DNA of 64,000 nucleotides from an uncultured archaeon (GTDB taxonomy: Archaea > Aenigmatarchaeota > Aenigmatarchaeia > QMZP01 > QMZT01), in contig CAYYKJ010000007.1 in assembly GCA_964441265.1 (NCBI GenBank), forward strand, positions 1 to 64,000, read 5' to 3'. Positions 29,583 through 38,805 of this stretch are shown here, piece after piece. The first letter of the stretch is position 1. Each line of letters opens with the position of its first letter. The position numbers and the translations under genes are program-made. A model generated the notes under the pieces. That model saw only the letters and a list, made by a program, of their open reading frames with translations, was not told the origin of the DNA and searched no databases.

Positions 29583-29900
29583 ATGAAAGATGGATTTTAC
29601 AGGGTTCTGATAAGTGCGACCACTAAACAGGAAGCAGAGCGGGTACTCAAGATCCTCCTGAGCAACAGACTGATAGCAGGAGGACTGATCACTCAGGGCC
29701 TCTCCAACCACTGGTGGAAGGGAAAGATCGAAGAGGAAACTTATTATAATCTGTCTGCTTTCACGATCAATCAGCACAAAGACGAAATAATCTCCGAGGT
29801 CGAAAAAATCCATCGTGATGAAACGCCAATAGTTGCCTTCTTCCATATCGATTATGCCAATGAAGGGTTTTTCGAATGGGTCAAGAAAAATGCGAAATAG
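29583..29900 (+). CDS. cutA: CutA-like divalent-cation tolerance protein
   Basis: ISATTKQEAERVLKILLSNRLIAGG…HWWKGKIEEETYYNLSAFT…. Confidence 0.6.
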   Translation: MKDGFYRVLISATTKQEAERVLKILLSNRLIAGGLITQGLSNHWWKGKIEEETYYNLSAFTINQHKDEIISEVEKIHRDETPIVAFFHIDYANEGFFEWVKKNAK

Positions 29901-29949
29901 GCTGCAGAAACCAAAACACTTAAATATTATTGTTTACTTATATATTCAT

Positions 29950-30537
29950 ATGGTTATTAAAGTAAACGACACTGATTTGAATGTGCTTAGTTTGTTCACG
30001 AAGGGATACGACAAGGGATATTACATCCGGGAGGTCGAAAAGCTTCTGAGCGTGAGTTCAAGAACTGCTCTTGTGACATTGGACAAGCTCGAAAAGAGGG
30101 GCATTCTTGACTCGAAAAGAAAAGGCAATATCAAGATTTACTCAATAAAAAAATCAAGTGTATCGAGGGAGTTTTTCCTTCTGACCGAACAATACAAAAA
30201 AATACAGTTCCTTGAAGGTAACCATCTGATCAAGGAAATCCTGGAAAAAGCAGACGATTTCATGCGAGGAATAGTCATCGTTTTTGGGAGTTATGCCAAA
30301 GGGACGCAAAAAGAAGATTCTGATCTGGACCTGTTTGTTGTAGGTGAATACGAAGAGGATAAAATAAAGGCGGTGGGGAAGAAATACGGGACTAATGTGA
30401 ATATCAAGAGTTATCCCGTGGAGGTCTTCAATGAAGAAATACATGATGATATTTTACTCAAAGAGGTCACAGAAAATCACATTTTAATAAAGGGTACAGA
30501 GGCATTTGTAAGGGGGGTTTTGAAATGGATCAGATAG
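29950..30537 (+). CDS. minimal nucleotidyltransferase (MNT) with N-terminal wHTH; antitoxin-like
   Basis: GSYAKGTQKEDSDLDLFVV pol-beta NTase signature. The ORF track starts at 29833; Met 29950 is more likely. Confidence 0.65.
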   Translation: MVIKVNDTDLNVLSLFTKGYDKGYYIREVEKLLSVSSRTALVTLDKLEKRGILDSKRKGNIKIYSIKKSSVSREFFLLTEQYKKIQFLEGNHLIKEILEKADDFMRGIVIVFGSYAKGTQKEDSDLDLFVVGEYEEDKIKAVGKKYGTNVNIKSYPVEVFNEEIHDDILLKEVTENHILIKGTEAFVRGVLKWIR

Positions 30538-30989
30538 AATGGTGCTTGCGCCAAAGGAAAGGGATTGAACTTGTAGATCCAAACGATAATCTCAGAGATG
30601 CTTACTTGGTCAAAGCCGAGGAAGCTTTGGGCACGTTGAGAACATCAGAAAGCAGGGACTGGCAATTGATCGCCGCGTATTATACAATTTACCATGGAAT
30701 CTATTCCCTGCTCATGGAAATTGGTGTGAAATGCGAGATCCATTCATGCACCATTGAATTTGCCAAAAGATTTCTGAGCGATTATTTTTCCCCTGGGGAT
30801 TTTGAACTGATCAACAAGGCATTCTCCGCCAGGATCGATTCTCAATATTATGTGAACAGGGAGGTTCCCAACCGGAATTATGATGTCATTGTCAAGAAGA
30901 CCCCGGGGTTTCTGGTCAAGTGCAAGAACATTGTAATTGATCAAAGAGAGATTGAGGGCATAAGAGACAAGATTTCTTCGGCGGAATAG
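30525..30989 (+). CDS. HEPN-domain protein (toxin-like partner of MNT)
   Basis: All alpha-helical, ~150 aa, 13-nt overlap with the MNT gene, R…H-containing helix. Confidence 0.5.
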   Translation: MDQIEWCLRQRKGIELVDPNDNLRDAYLVKAEEALGTLRTSESRDWQLIAAYYTIYHGIYSLLMEIGVKCEIHSCTIEFAKRFLSDYFSPGDFELINKAFSARIDSQYYVNREVPNRNYDVIVKKTPGFLVKCKNIVIDQREIEGIRDKISSAE

Positions 30990-31066
30990 TCTTCGTTTGC
31001 ATTCGGGGCGTAGTAAGACAAATTCCGCGTGGCCAATATAATAAAAATGAACAGGCGAAGTTTTTT

Positions 31067-31492
31067 TTATCTGTACTCGCTCCCTCCTGATCTGTATCCA
31101 CTCCCTCCGGAGGAGTACTCGCTCTTCGTCGTGTATTCGTTCTCGATGATCTGGATTTCGGGGTTTGGCCCGTAGTCTATGGGCTTTTCGTCCTCTACCG
31201 TCACCCCTTCTCCCGTTATGATCGTTACAAGCGCGACCTCGCTGTGGTCGATCACCTTCTCCTTCGAAGGGCTTCCTCCGGTCCTGAACTTCCATATCTC
31301 TTTTCCCGTTTTCGCGTCGAGGGCGTAGAAATAATAGTTGTCGCACCCGAAGTAAACGATGCCTTCGGATTCGCAGGGACGGCATGCAATGGTCCCGCCG
31401 TATTCATGCCTCCACCTGAGTCCGTAATTCTTCTGGAAAGCCGAATCGGTGATCTCTATGTCGAAATCCTCCGTGAAGTCGAATCCGTCCAT
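31067..31492 (-). CDS. truncated paralog of the PQQ-propeller family (N-terminal motif + one blade + TKSEY tail)
   Basis: DGFDFTEDFDIE N-terminus, a single YALDAKTGKEIWKFRTGG blade, and an ENEYTTKSEYSSGGSGYRSGGSEYR tail. Confidence 0.5.
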   Translation of the reverse strand: MDGFDFTEDFDIEITDSAFQKNYGLRWRHEYGGTIACRPCESEGIVYFGCDNYYFYALDAKTGKEIWKFRTGGSPSKEKVIDHSEVALVTIITGEGVTVEDEKPIDYGPNPEIQIIENEYTTKSEYSSGGSGYRSGGSEYR

Positions 31493-31525
31493 CTTTAGAA
31501 GATGGATGAAAGAAATAAATTTGGA

Positions 31526-31798
31526 TCAAAGAGGCATGTCCGGGAGGGTCCTGCATTCGACCCCGAAGGTCCTCTTAACGGAGAAATCGCTCAAATCTAT
31601 CACCTCAAATTCGACCGGCCCCTTCCCGGAGAAGACGGAAGTGTATGAGGATGCGTATTTGACGTGGCAGGGAACTTCTCCTGAAACGGCATCGCACGGA
31701 CATATATATCTCCCTTTGTACCTAAGGGCAGTTCCGTATATGCTCTTCCCACACTGGCTGCAGGACACTGACATCGATGCCATGAATAGGAATGGCAA
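31526..31798 (-). CDS. hypothetical Cys-rich protein
   Basis: CSQCG…CPC…C pattern; weak support. Confidence 0.3.
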   Translation of the reverse strand: MPFLFMASMSVSCSQCGKSIYGTALRYKGRYICPCDAVSGEVPCHVKYASSYTSVFSGKGPVEFEVIDLSDFSVKRTFGVECRTLPDMPL

Positions 31799-33790
31799 CT
31801 AATTTTTAAAAACGGATTGTGCGCCCCCTTGGGTTTCCATGTACCCTCCATTCTCCCTCGCGTACGCGATCAGCTCCCGGTATGTCCCGTGATGCTCAAG
31901 GGTTTTGGAATCGCCCGTCATGATCAGCTTCTTCCTCGCCCTGGTTATGGAGACGTTCAGCCTCCTGAGATCCTCCAGGAAGCCTATCGATCCCTTCCCG
32001 TTCGATCTCACGAAAGAGACAAGGATGACGTCCTTCTCCCTGCCCTGGAAGCCGTCCACGGTCTTGGTCTCGACGTCCTCCGGGAGTTCCCTTTTCATGA
32101 GGTCTGTCTGGTCGTCGTAGGGGGATATGACCCCGATGCCTCTCGGCTTCACGCCCAGTTCCAGGAGCTGTTTTACCAGCTTCCTGATGATCGCGGCCTC
32201 CCAGGGGTTCTCCCTGGACTTTGACCCCGGCCTCTTCCTCTCCGGACATGATCCCAGTGTGTCGAGGAACACGAGCGGTCTCTCCGGATCGAGAGGGCCC
32301 TTGACCTTTATGTTCAGCTTATGGTTTCTGACGCTCTCCGCCGCGCGGAGGCCGTCGCTGTAGAATTGTTTACTGGGGAAGTCCATTATCACGCCGTTCA
32401 TCCGGTACTGGGTCTCCAGCATCTCCTTTATTCCCTCCCCGTGGACCTCGATCATCCTCTCGAACAGGGTCTCCTCCAGACCTCCTTTTTTCGCCTTCTG
32501 GTTCATTATGGTGGGTGGAAGTTGTTTGTGGTCCCCTGCCATCACGACCTTGCTTCCCCGGTTCATGGGTATGAGGCAGGACGGCTCGGTCGACTGCGTT
32601 GCCTCGTCTATGAATATGACGTCGAATTTCCTCTCCTCCATGATCTCGCTTCCGGCGGTGGAATTTGTGGTACACACCACATCCGCACTGTCCAGTATCT
32701 CGTTCACGGCCCCGTCCTCCAGCTTTTTGGCCTTTTCGATGAGACCGCTCATCCTTTCCTGGAGTCTGGCCCATTCCGCCATCTTCTTTATCTTCCCCGG
32801 CGGGACCCCTCTGGACCCCTCTCCCTTGCCGGCCAGCTCCAGTATCTTCTCGTTGCTCATGCCCCTCCTCCACCTCTGGGATGGGTATTCGTGCTCTTCC
32901 TTCTTCTCACTTATCCTGTCCGCCTCCTCCCTCAGCTTCCTGGCCTCCCCGTATTTCTCCACGTCCTGTACCAGGAAATCGAGGGAATGCTGCCTTAGGG
33001 ATTTGGTTATCCTGGCCGGGTGGCCAACCCTGACGGCCTTCCTCCCCTTCCCGGTTATGAAATCTACCATGTTGTCGACCGCTACGTTGGAAGCTGCAGT
33101 AGCCAGGACCTTCTTCCCCATTTTCACGTGCTGGATTATTATCTCTATCAGGGTGGTGGTCTTTCCCGTCCCCGGGGGGCCGTGGACCAGGAACATGTCC
33201 TTCGCTGCCACGGACATTTTCACCGCCCTCCTCTGGGAGGGGTCCAGTGTTTCGTCCTCTATCCTTATTCCCGGGGACTCCGAGAAGCCGGGCTTCCGCT
33301 TCCCCAGAAGGATGTCCCTCATCTCGGCCTTCCTGCCTTCCGCCTTCTCCATCCTGCCCAGGACGTCTTTCATCCTCTGGAAAGTTATGTCGTTGACGTA
33401 GAGGTCCATCCTCAGGCCCCTGCCGTATGCAAGGCGAGGGGGCTTCCTTTCGAAAGAAACGGTGACGGAATAACTGGTCTTGCCGCAGACCGTTCCCGTG
33501 GGATTCTCCTTGAGGAGGGGGTTCCCCCTGCTGATCAGGACGAGGTCTCCGACGGATATCTCCGTTTCCGGGAGCGGCCCTCCCCTCACGTACTTTATGA
33601 TGTGGCTTCCCCCCAGGCCGGTCCCCTGGTCCCTTCCCTTCAGGCCAAGAAGCGCCCTGCCCTTAGATTCCCTTTCCCGGGGGCTCATGTTCCTTATCTC
33701 GTTCTCGTGGGCCCGCATCTCCTCCTGCCTTTCCAGCTCCACCAGCCTCCCGTACCTCTTCCTGTATCTCCCGTAATCCCTGAAAATCAT
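31799..33790 (-). CDS. SF1B helicase, Upf1/Sen1/Dna2-like
   Basis: Walker A LVHGPPGTGKTTT, DEATQ-like IDEATQ, VDGFQGREKDVIL, ITRARKKLI. Confidence 0.8.
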   Translation of the reverse strand: MIFRDYGRYRKRYGRLVELERQEEMRAHENEIRNMSPRERESKGRALLGLKGRDQGTGLGGSHIIKYVRGGPLPETEISVGDLVLISRGNPLLKENPTGTVCGKTSYSVTVSFERKPPRLAYGRGLRMDLYVNDITFQRMKDVLGRMEKAEGRKAEMRDILLGKRKPGFSESPGIRIEDETLDPSQRRAVKMSVAAKDMFLVHGPPGTGKTTTLIEIIIQHVKMGKKVLATAASNVAVDNMVDFITGKGRKAVRVGHPARITKSLRQHSLDFLVQDVEKYGEARKLREEADRISEKKEEHEYPSQRWRRGMSNEKILELAGKGEGSRGVPPGKIKKMAEWARLQERMSGLIEKAKKLEDGAVNEILDSADVVCTTNSTAGSEIMEERKFDVIFIDEATQSTEPSCLIPMNRGSKVVMAGDHKQLPPTIMNQKAKKGGLEETLFERMIEVHGEGIKEMLETQYRMNGVIMDFPSKQFYSDGLRAAESVRNHKLNIKVKGPLDPERPLVFLDTLGSCPERKRPGSKSRENPWEAAIIRKLVKQLLELGVKPRGIGVISPYDDQTDLMKRELPEDVETKTVDGFQGREKDVILVSFVRSNGKGSIGFLEDLRRLNVSITRARKKLIMTGDSKTLEHHGTYRELIAYARENGGYMETQGGAQSVFKN

Positions 33791-33873
33791 ATAAACAACT
33801 GGACGGGGAGTGCTTTAAATGTTTTTGTCCGGTCCGGGGCCTGCTCTTAAATTAGCGTCACCAATCTGATAAT

Positions 33874-34965
33874 ATGCCTGAGATAAAGCAGATCCCGGAG
33901 GACTTCGTGGTCAGGGAGATCTTCCGGAAGAAGGAACCCGGGGAAGGAGGGAAGACCGAGGACAGCCACTACGTATGGTTCACGCTCAAGAAGACCAACT
34001 GGAGCCTTTTCCGGGCGGTCAAAATGATCTCAAGGAAGCTGGGGGTCTCCGTGAAGAGATTCGGATATGCCGGCACCAAGGACAAGAGGGCGGTGACATA
34101 CCAGAAGGTTTCTGTGTGGAACGTCCCGATGGAGCGGCTGGAGTCGGTCAGGATAAAGGACATCGAGCTATCCGGTTTCGAGGAGAGGAGGGAGAGGATA
34201 AATCTGGGGGACCTGAAAGGCAACCGCTTCGAGATAACGGTAAGGGACATCGGGAAAGGGAAAAGGAAGGGTATGGAGAAGAACCTGGAGAGGATAAAAA
34301 GGGAGGGCATGATCAATTTTTACGGAAAGCAGAGGTTCGGGGTGAGGGGCAACACACACCTGGTCGGAAAGGAGATAATAAGGGACCGTCTGAAGGAGGC
34401 GGTCTGGACGTACCTGACTCATGGGAGAGAAAGGGAAAGGAACGAAGACGCCAGGTCGTTCAGGGAGAACCTGGAAAAGGGCGGGGATTTCATGGCCGCC
34501 ATTAAGGAGTGCCCGGGTTTCCTGGGGACCGAGAAGACACTTTTGCAGCACCTCGCCCGGGAACCGAACGATTACGCGGGAGCGCTGAGGAGGATACCGA
34601 AAAAGCTCCGGAGGATATTCGTCCATGCCTACCAGTCATACCTGTGGAACGAGATCGCGAAGGTTACGGAAGAGAAAACAATACCTATTATAGGTTTCGA
34701 TACCGATCTCTCGAAATACGAGTCGGGAAAAGAAATGAAGAGAATCCTCGGAGGGGAGGGGATAAAACCGGGCGATTTCAGGCTCAAGTCAATGCCCGAG
34801 CTCTCCGCCGAGGGGAGCGAGAGGAAAAGGATAGTTAGACCGAAGAAACTCGAATGGTCCTTCGGGGAGGATGAAATCAACGAGGGAAAGCTGAAATGCC
34901 TGCTGAAGTTCGGGATACCCCCGGGCTCCTACGCAACGGTCCTCGTGGACGGGGTGCTGAAATGA
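33874..34965 (+). CDS. truD: tRNA pseudouridine synthase TruD/Pus7
   Basis: FGYAGTKDKRAVTYQ catalytic-Asp motif; N-terminal IPEDFVVREI. Confidence 0.8.
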   Translation: MPEIKQIPEDFVVREIFRKKEPGEGGKTEDSHYVWFTLKKTNWSLFRAVKMISRKLGVSVKRFGYAGTKDKRAVTYQKVSVWNVPMERLESVRIKDIELSGFEERRERINLGDLKGNRFEITVRDIGKGKRKGMEKNLERIKREGMINFYGKQRFGVRGNTHLVGKEIIRDRLKEAVWTYLTHGRERERNEDARSFRENLEKGGDFMAAIKECPGFLGTEKTLLQHLAREPNDYAGALRRIPKKLRRIFVHAYQSYLWNEIAKVTEEKTIPIIGFDTDLSKYESGKEMKRILGGEGIKPGDFRLKSMPELSAEGSERKRIVRPKKLEWSFGEDEINEGKLKCLLKFGIPPGSYATVLVDGVLK

Positions 34966-36059
34966 GGATAGGCAAATTCGCTCTGGTGGGGGGAAGCGGG
35001 ATACTGGTGAACGAGTTCTTCCTGTGGTTCTTCACGGAGATTTTCGGTTTCTATTATCTCGTTTCCTCTGCGATAGCCATAGAGCTGTCCATAATCTCCA
35101 ATTTCGTCCTGAACAATTACTGGACCTTCGGGGACAGGAAGAAAGACGTGGGATTTTTCAGGAGGCTGATCAAGTTCAATTCCGTCTCCCTGATCGGGAT
35201 GGTTTTCACCATATTGATACTGCACCTGTTGACGGAATATTTCGGGATTTACTACCTTATATCCAACCTCATCGCCATATCCATCGTCTTCGTATGGAAT
35301 TACTTCGCCAACAAGAGATGGACCTGGTCCCCGGGAATAAGGAGAATCCCCCCGGTGGCAAAGAATCCCATGGTTTCCATAGTGATCCCAACCTACAACG
35401 AGAGGGAGAACCTGGAACTGCTGATACCCGAGATATTCATGTCCCTCTCCGAGGGGGGCGTGAAGGGGGAGGTGATCGTCGTGGATGACGATTCCCCTGA
35501 CGGGACCGGGGAGACCGCGGAAAGGATGAAGAAGAGGTTCAGGATGAAGGTCATTCGCAGGGAGGGGAAGAAGGGTCTTTCCTCCGCGGTTCTGGAAGGT
35601 TTCGGGAAGGCGGAGGGGGAGATACTGGGGGTGATGGATGCCGATTTCTCTCACCCCCCGGGGGACATTCCGAGGCTGGTGAATCCAATAATCAGGAACC
35701 GGGCGGACATGACGGTGGGCAGCCGCAAGGTCCGCGGCGGAGGAACCGAAGGCTGGCCGCTGAAGAGGAAGATCATATCATGGGGGGCCGGCCTCCTGGC
35801 CAGGCCGCTGACCAGCGTGAGGGATCCCATGTCCGGTTTCTTCTTCCTCAAGAAGGGGGTCATCAGGGGATTGGACCTGAACCCCACCGGATACAAGATA
35901 GGTCTGGAGGTAATGGTCAAGGGAAGTAACGCGAGGATACTTGAGGTCCCCTTCGTTTTCCGGGAAAGGAAGTCCGGAGAGAGCAAGCTTACTTTCAGGG
36001 AGGATCTCCGGTATCTCTTCCATTTGATTAAATTATATTGGTACAAAGCGAATAGATAA
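34962..36059 (+). CDS. GtrA-domain + GT2 glycosyltransferase (dolichyl-phosphate hexose synthase-like)
   Basis: N-terminal GtrA-like 4-TM region. Then VSIVIPTYNERENL…VVDDDSPDGT…DADFSHPP…QEG-less DPM1-like GT2. Start overlaps the truD stop. Confidence 0.75.
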   Translation: MRIGKFALVGGSGILVNEFFLWFFTEIFGFYYLVSSAIAIELSIISNFVLNNYWTFGDRKKDVGFFRRLIKFNSVSLIGMVFTILILHLLTEYFGIYYLISNLIAISIVFVWNYFANKRWTWSPGIRRIPPVAKNPMVSIVIPTYNERENLELLIPEIFMSLSEGGVKGEVIVVDDDSPDGTGETAERMKKRFRMKVIRREGKKGLSSAVLEGFGKAEGEILGVMDADFSHPPGDIPRLVNPIIRNRADMTVGSRKVRGGGTEGWPLKRKIISWGAGLLARPLTSVRDPMSGFFFLKKGVIRGLDLNPTGYKIGLEVMVKGSNARILEVPFVFRERKSGESKLTFREDLRYLFHLIKLYWYKANR

Positions 36060-36061
36060 AC

Positions 36062-37414
36062 ATGAACGGAATCCTGAAGAGAAGGGAGCTGGCGGTTTTC
36101 GTTTTGTTCCTGATATGCTATTCGTATTTCTACCTGCCGGCCGGATGGAACGAGAACAGCAGATACGACCTTACCTATTCCATGGTGGAAAACGGGACCT
36201 TCCGGATAGGCAGTTACCATGAGAACACACATGACAAATCATTCCTTGACGGACATTACTATTCGGACAAGGCACCGGGCTCCTCCTTCTTCGGTGCTGT
36301 GGCCTATTCGATGCTCGCCCCTTTCTCGGGGCCGGGCCCGGTTGCGGAGTATTTCATCAGGTTCCTGGTGGTCTCCCTCCCCTCCGCCTTCCTCTGCGTG
36401 CTTATTTACAGGCTTTCCGGCGAGTTCACGAAAAGGGAGAGGTACAGGGTGCTCGTGACCCTCGCTTACGGTCTGGGTACGATGGCTTTCCCTTATTCTC
36501 TCATGTTCTACGGTCACCAGATAGCCAGCGTTCTCCTGTTCTCCTGCTTCTATCTCCTTTTCACCAGGAGGGGTAGGATAGGTGATTACGGTCTCTTCGC
36601 CTGCGGTCTGATGATGGGAGCCGCTTTCATGACCGAATTCCCCGCCGCAATCATTTCGGTCTTCTTGTTCTTCTATGCATTCGCGGTTCTTGAGAATAAG
36701 GAGAAGATTTCCTTCCTGATACTGGGGATCATACCTCCCCTCATAATCCTCGCGGCCTACAATTTCCTCTGTTTTGGGGGGATGTTTTCCACCGGATATT
36801 CGTACCTCGCCTACCAGGAGTCCGCTGAATTCCAGTCCGCGGGATTCCTGGGGGTGTCACTCCCCGATCCCCTCGTCCTGTTGGGCATACTGTTCTCCCC
36901 GTACAGAGGGCTGTTCTTCTTTTCCCCATTCCTGCTCCTCTGCATACCCGGATTCCACCGCTTCTACAGGAACAACCGCCTCAGGAAGGAGTTCTGGCTG
37001 TTCCTCCTCTCCGTTCTTTCGTTCATTCTGTGGAATGCCGGTTATTCGGTGTGGTGGGGAGGATGGTCTCCCGGCCCCAGGCACCTAGTGCCCGTGATAC
37101 CTTTCATGGTCGTTACAATAATGCTATATTCCAGGGAATTCTCCGGCTGGAAGGAAAAGTTCGCGGTTCTGCTGGCGGCGGCTTCCATCGTCCTTACCTT
37201 TTCGGTCACCGTTACCGATCCCTTCCTGCCGGAGGGGGCATACAATCCCCTCGTCCAGCACACGATTCCCCTTCTCGCCAGGGGCGATTTCGCGTTCAAC
37301 GCGGGCAACCTGCTCGGTCTGGGGGGATTGCTTTCCCTGGTCCCCCTGCTGGCTGCCTTGGCGGTAATCCTGTGGATTCTTTCAGGAAGGAGGTTCCTGC
37401 AATGGATATCATAA
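36062..37414 (+). CDS. GT-C fold membrane glycosyltransferase (ArnT/PMT-like)
   Basis: ~11 TM, an N-terminal luminal loop with YSDKAPG, and an aromatic-rich architecture. Confidence 0.55.
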   Translation: MNGILKRRELAVFVLFLICYSYFYLPAGWNENSRYDLTYSMVENGTFRIGSYHENTHDKSFLDGHYYSDKAPGSSFFGAVAYSMLAPFSGPGPVAEYFIRFLVVSLPSAFLCVLIYRLSGEFTKRERYRVLVTLAYGLGTMAFPYSLMFYGHQIASVLLFSCFYLLFTRRGRIGDYGLFACGLMMGAAFMTEFPAAIISVFLFFYAFAVLENKEKISFLILGIIPPLIILAAYNFLCFGGMFSTGYSYLAYQESAEFQSAGFLGVSLPDPLVLLGILFSPYRGLFFFSPFLLLCIPGFHRFYRNNRLRKEFWLFLLSVLSFILWNAGYSVWWGGWSPGPRHLVPVIPFMVVTIMLYSREFSGWKEKFAVLLAAASIVLTFSVTVTDPFLPEGAYNPLVQHTIPLLARGDFAFNAGNLLGLGGLLSLVPLLAALAVILWILSGRRFLQWIS

Positions 37415-38805
37415 GAAGGATAGGCCCCGTGCGCATCCTTCTACTGGCCATACTGGGGGTCGGGATATTGCACATGATCCTGAAGTTCCACTTCATACTG
37501 TGGGACGAGGCGGTGTACATAGGCATAGGCAAGTACCTCTTTTCCCTTGGTTCGGTGGGGCTTTTCGAGGTCATCCGCCCGCCCGCCCTGCCGGTGATGC
37601 TCGGGTTCCTGTGGTTCCTGGGGGAGAGGGCGACCCTGTCTTACGACCTGCTCATCCTCCTCTTCTCCATGGGAAACGTGTACATGGCCTATCTCCTTGG
37701 GAAGAGAATTTCCGGGGAAAATGCCGGCCTTCTGGCGGGAGCATTACTCGCCATCACCCCCGTCTTCCTTTACAATTCCTTCAGGATAATGACCGGCATA
37801 CCATCCGCCTTCTTCGTTCTGATCTCCGTTTATCTGTATCTTGAGAAGAGGCCCCTTCTGGCCGGCCTTTTCTCGGGGCTGGCAGTTATGTTCAGATTCA
37901 CCAACGGGATACTTTTGCCGGTGCTCTTTTTGCTTCTCGTTCTGGACCATCACGGGGACCCCAAAAGACTGCTGAGGAAATCCCTTCTCATAGTCTTGGG
38001 ATTCTTGGTGGTCGTTTCTCCCTACCTCTTTGCCAGCCATCTCGCGTACGGAGATCCCCTCCATCCCCTGGTGCTCGCCGGCCAGCACCAGTACAATCCC
38101 GTCCACATCGTGGGTAATCCCGCGGAGAACCTCTTTTATTACCCCTCCCTCCTTTTCTGGGACAATATGCTGCTTTCCTTCTCCTTGTTTTCACTCCTGT
38201 ACATATCGGAAAACAAATGGGTGAGATATCTGTTGTTGATTTCGCTCGTATACTTGGTGGTGTTCACCTGGATGCCCAACAAGCAGCTCCGGTTCTCTCT
38301 CCCCTTTCTCCCGCTCCTTGCCGTGCTCTCCTCCTTCGGAATGCTGAGGATGAAGGACTACCTCCTGGAACAGAGGAGGAGGGTGATACTTTTCATCGCC
38401 TTCTCGCTGCTTATACTCCTATCAACCTCCGTCTCCCTTTGCAAGGATTTCCACAGGTTCGATTCCTTCCCGTCGGAGGAGCCGGGGATAGTCGGGGAAT
38501 ACTACCGCTATTTCGAGGACTCGGAGGGAACCATACTCACCAGCGACCCGGTCCCGGCCGCCTATTCAGACGTGTACATGGTCCCCTATTACAACAACAT
38601 AACCGATGCACACAGGATCTATGACCGGCATGTCGACCGGAGCGATTATGTGATCTTCAGCTTCAATCCGTTCCCCTGCTTTGACAGAGAATGCGAAGAA
38701 TTAAGAGAAGAACTGTTCGGGAAGATAAGCAGGAACGAGCTCTGCTTCAGCGAGACCTACGAGGAAACCAAGTACATCTTCAGGGTCAGTAAAACTCGGG
38801 ATTGA
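37403..38805 (+). CDS. GT-C fold membrane glycosyltransferase (ArnT/PMT-like), second copy
   Basis: A polytopic N-terminal half with WDEAVYIGIGKY (DE..Y-like) and a C-terminal soluble domain. Likely start at Met 37403; 12-nt overlap with the upstream gene. Confidence 0.55.

Noticed and set aside
30744-31385. 213-aa minus-strand Arg-rich ORF overlapping the HEPN gene and the short propeller gene
   Set aside because: Extreme Arg/Pro composition and overlap with two better-supported genes.
32321-33850. Plus-strand ORFs (32321-32998, 32508-33401, 33020-33850) antisense to the helicase
   Set aside because: The helicase motifs (Walker A, DEATQ, motif VI) are on the minus strand; the antisense frames are Pro/Leu-rich.
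34929-36232. Minus-strand ORFs 34929-35654 and 35651-36232 antisense to the GT2/GtrA gene
   Set aside because: The GT2 DxD/DDD motifs are on the plus strand; the antisense translations are low-complexity.
37030-37402. Upstream extension of the second GT-C ORF (ORF track 37030-38805)
   Set aside because: The extension overlaps the preceding gene in another frame and is Arg/Gly-rich; Met 37403 with a short overlap fits an operon.
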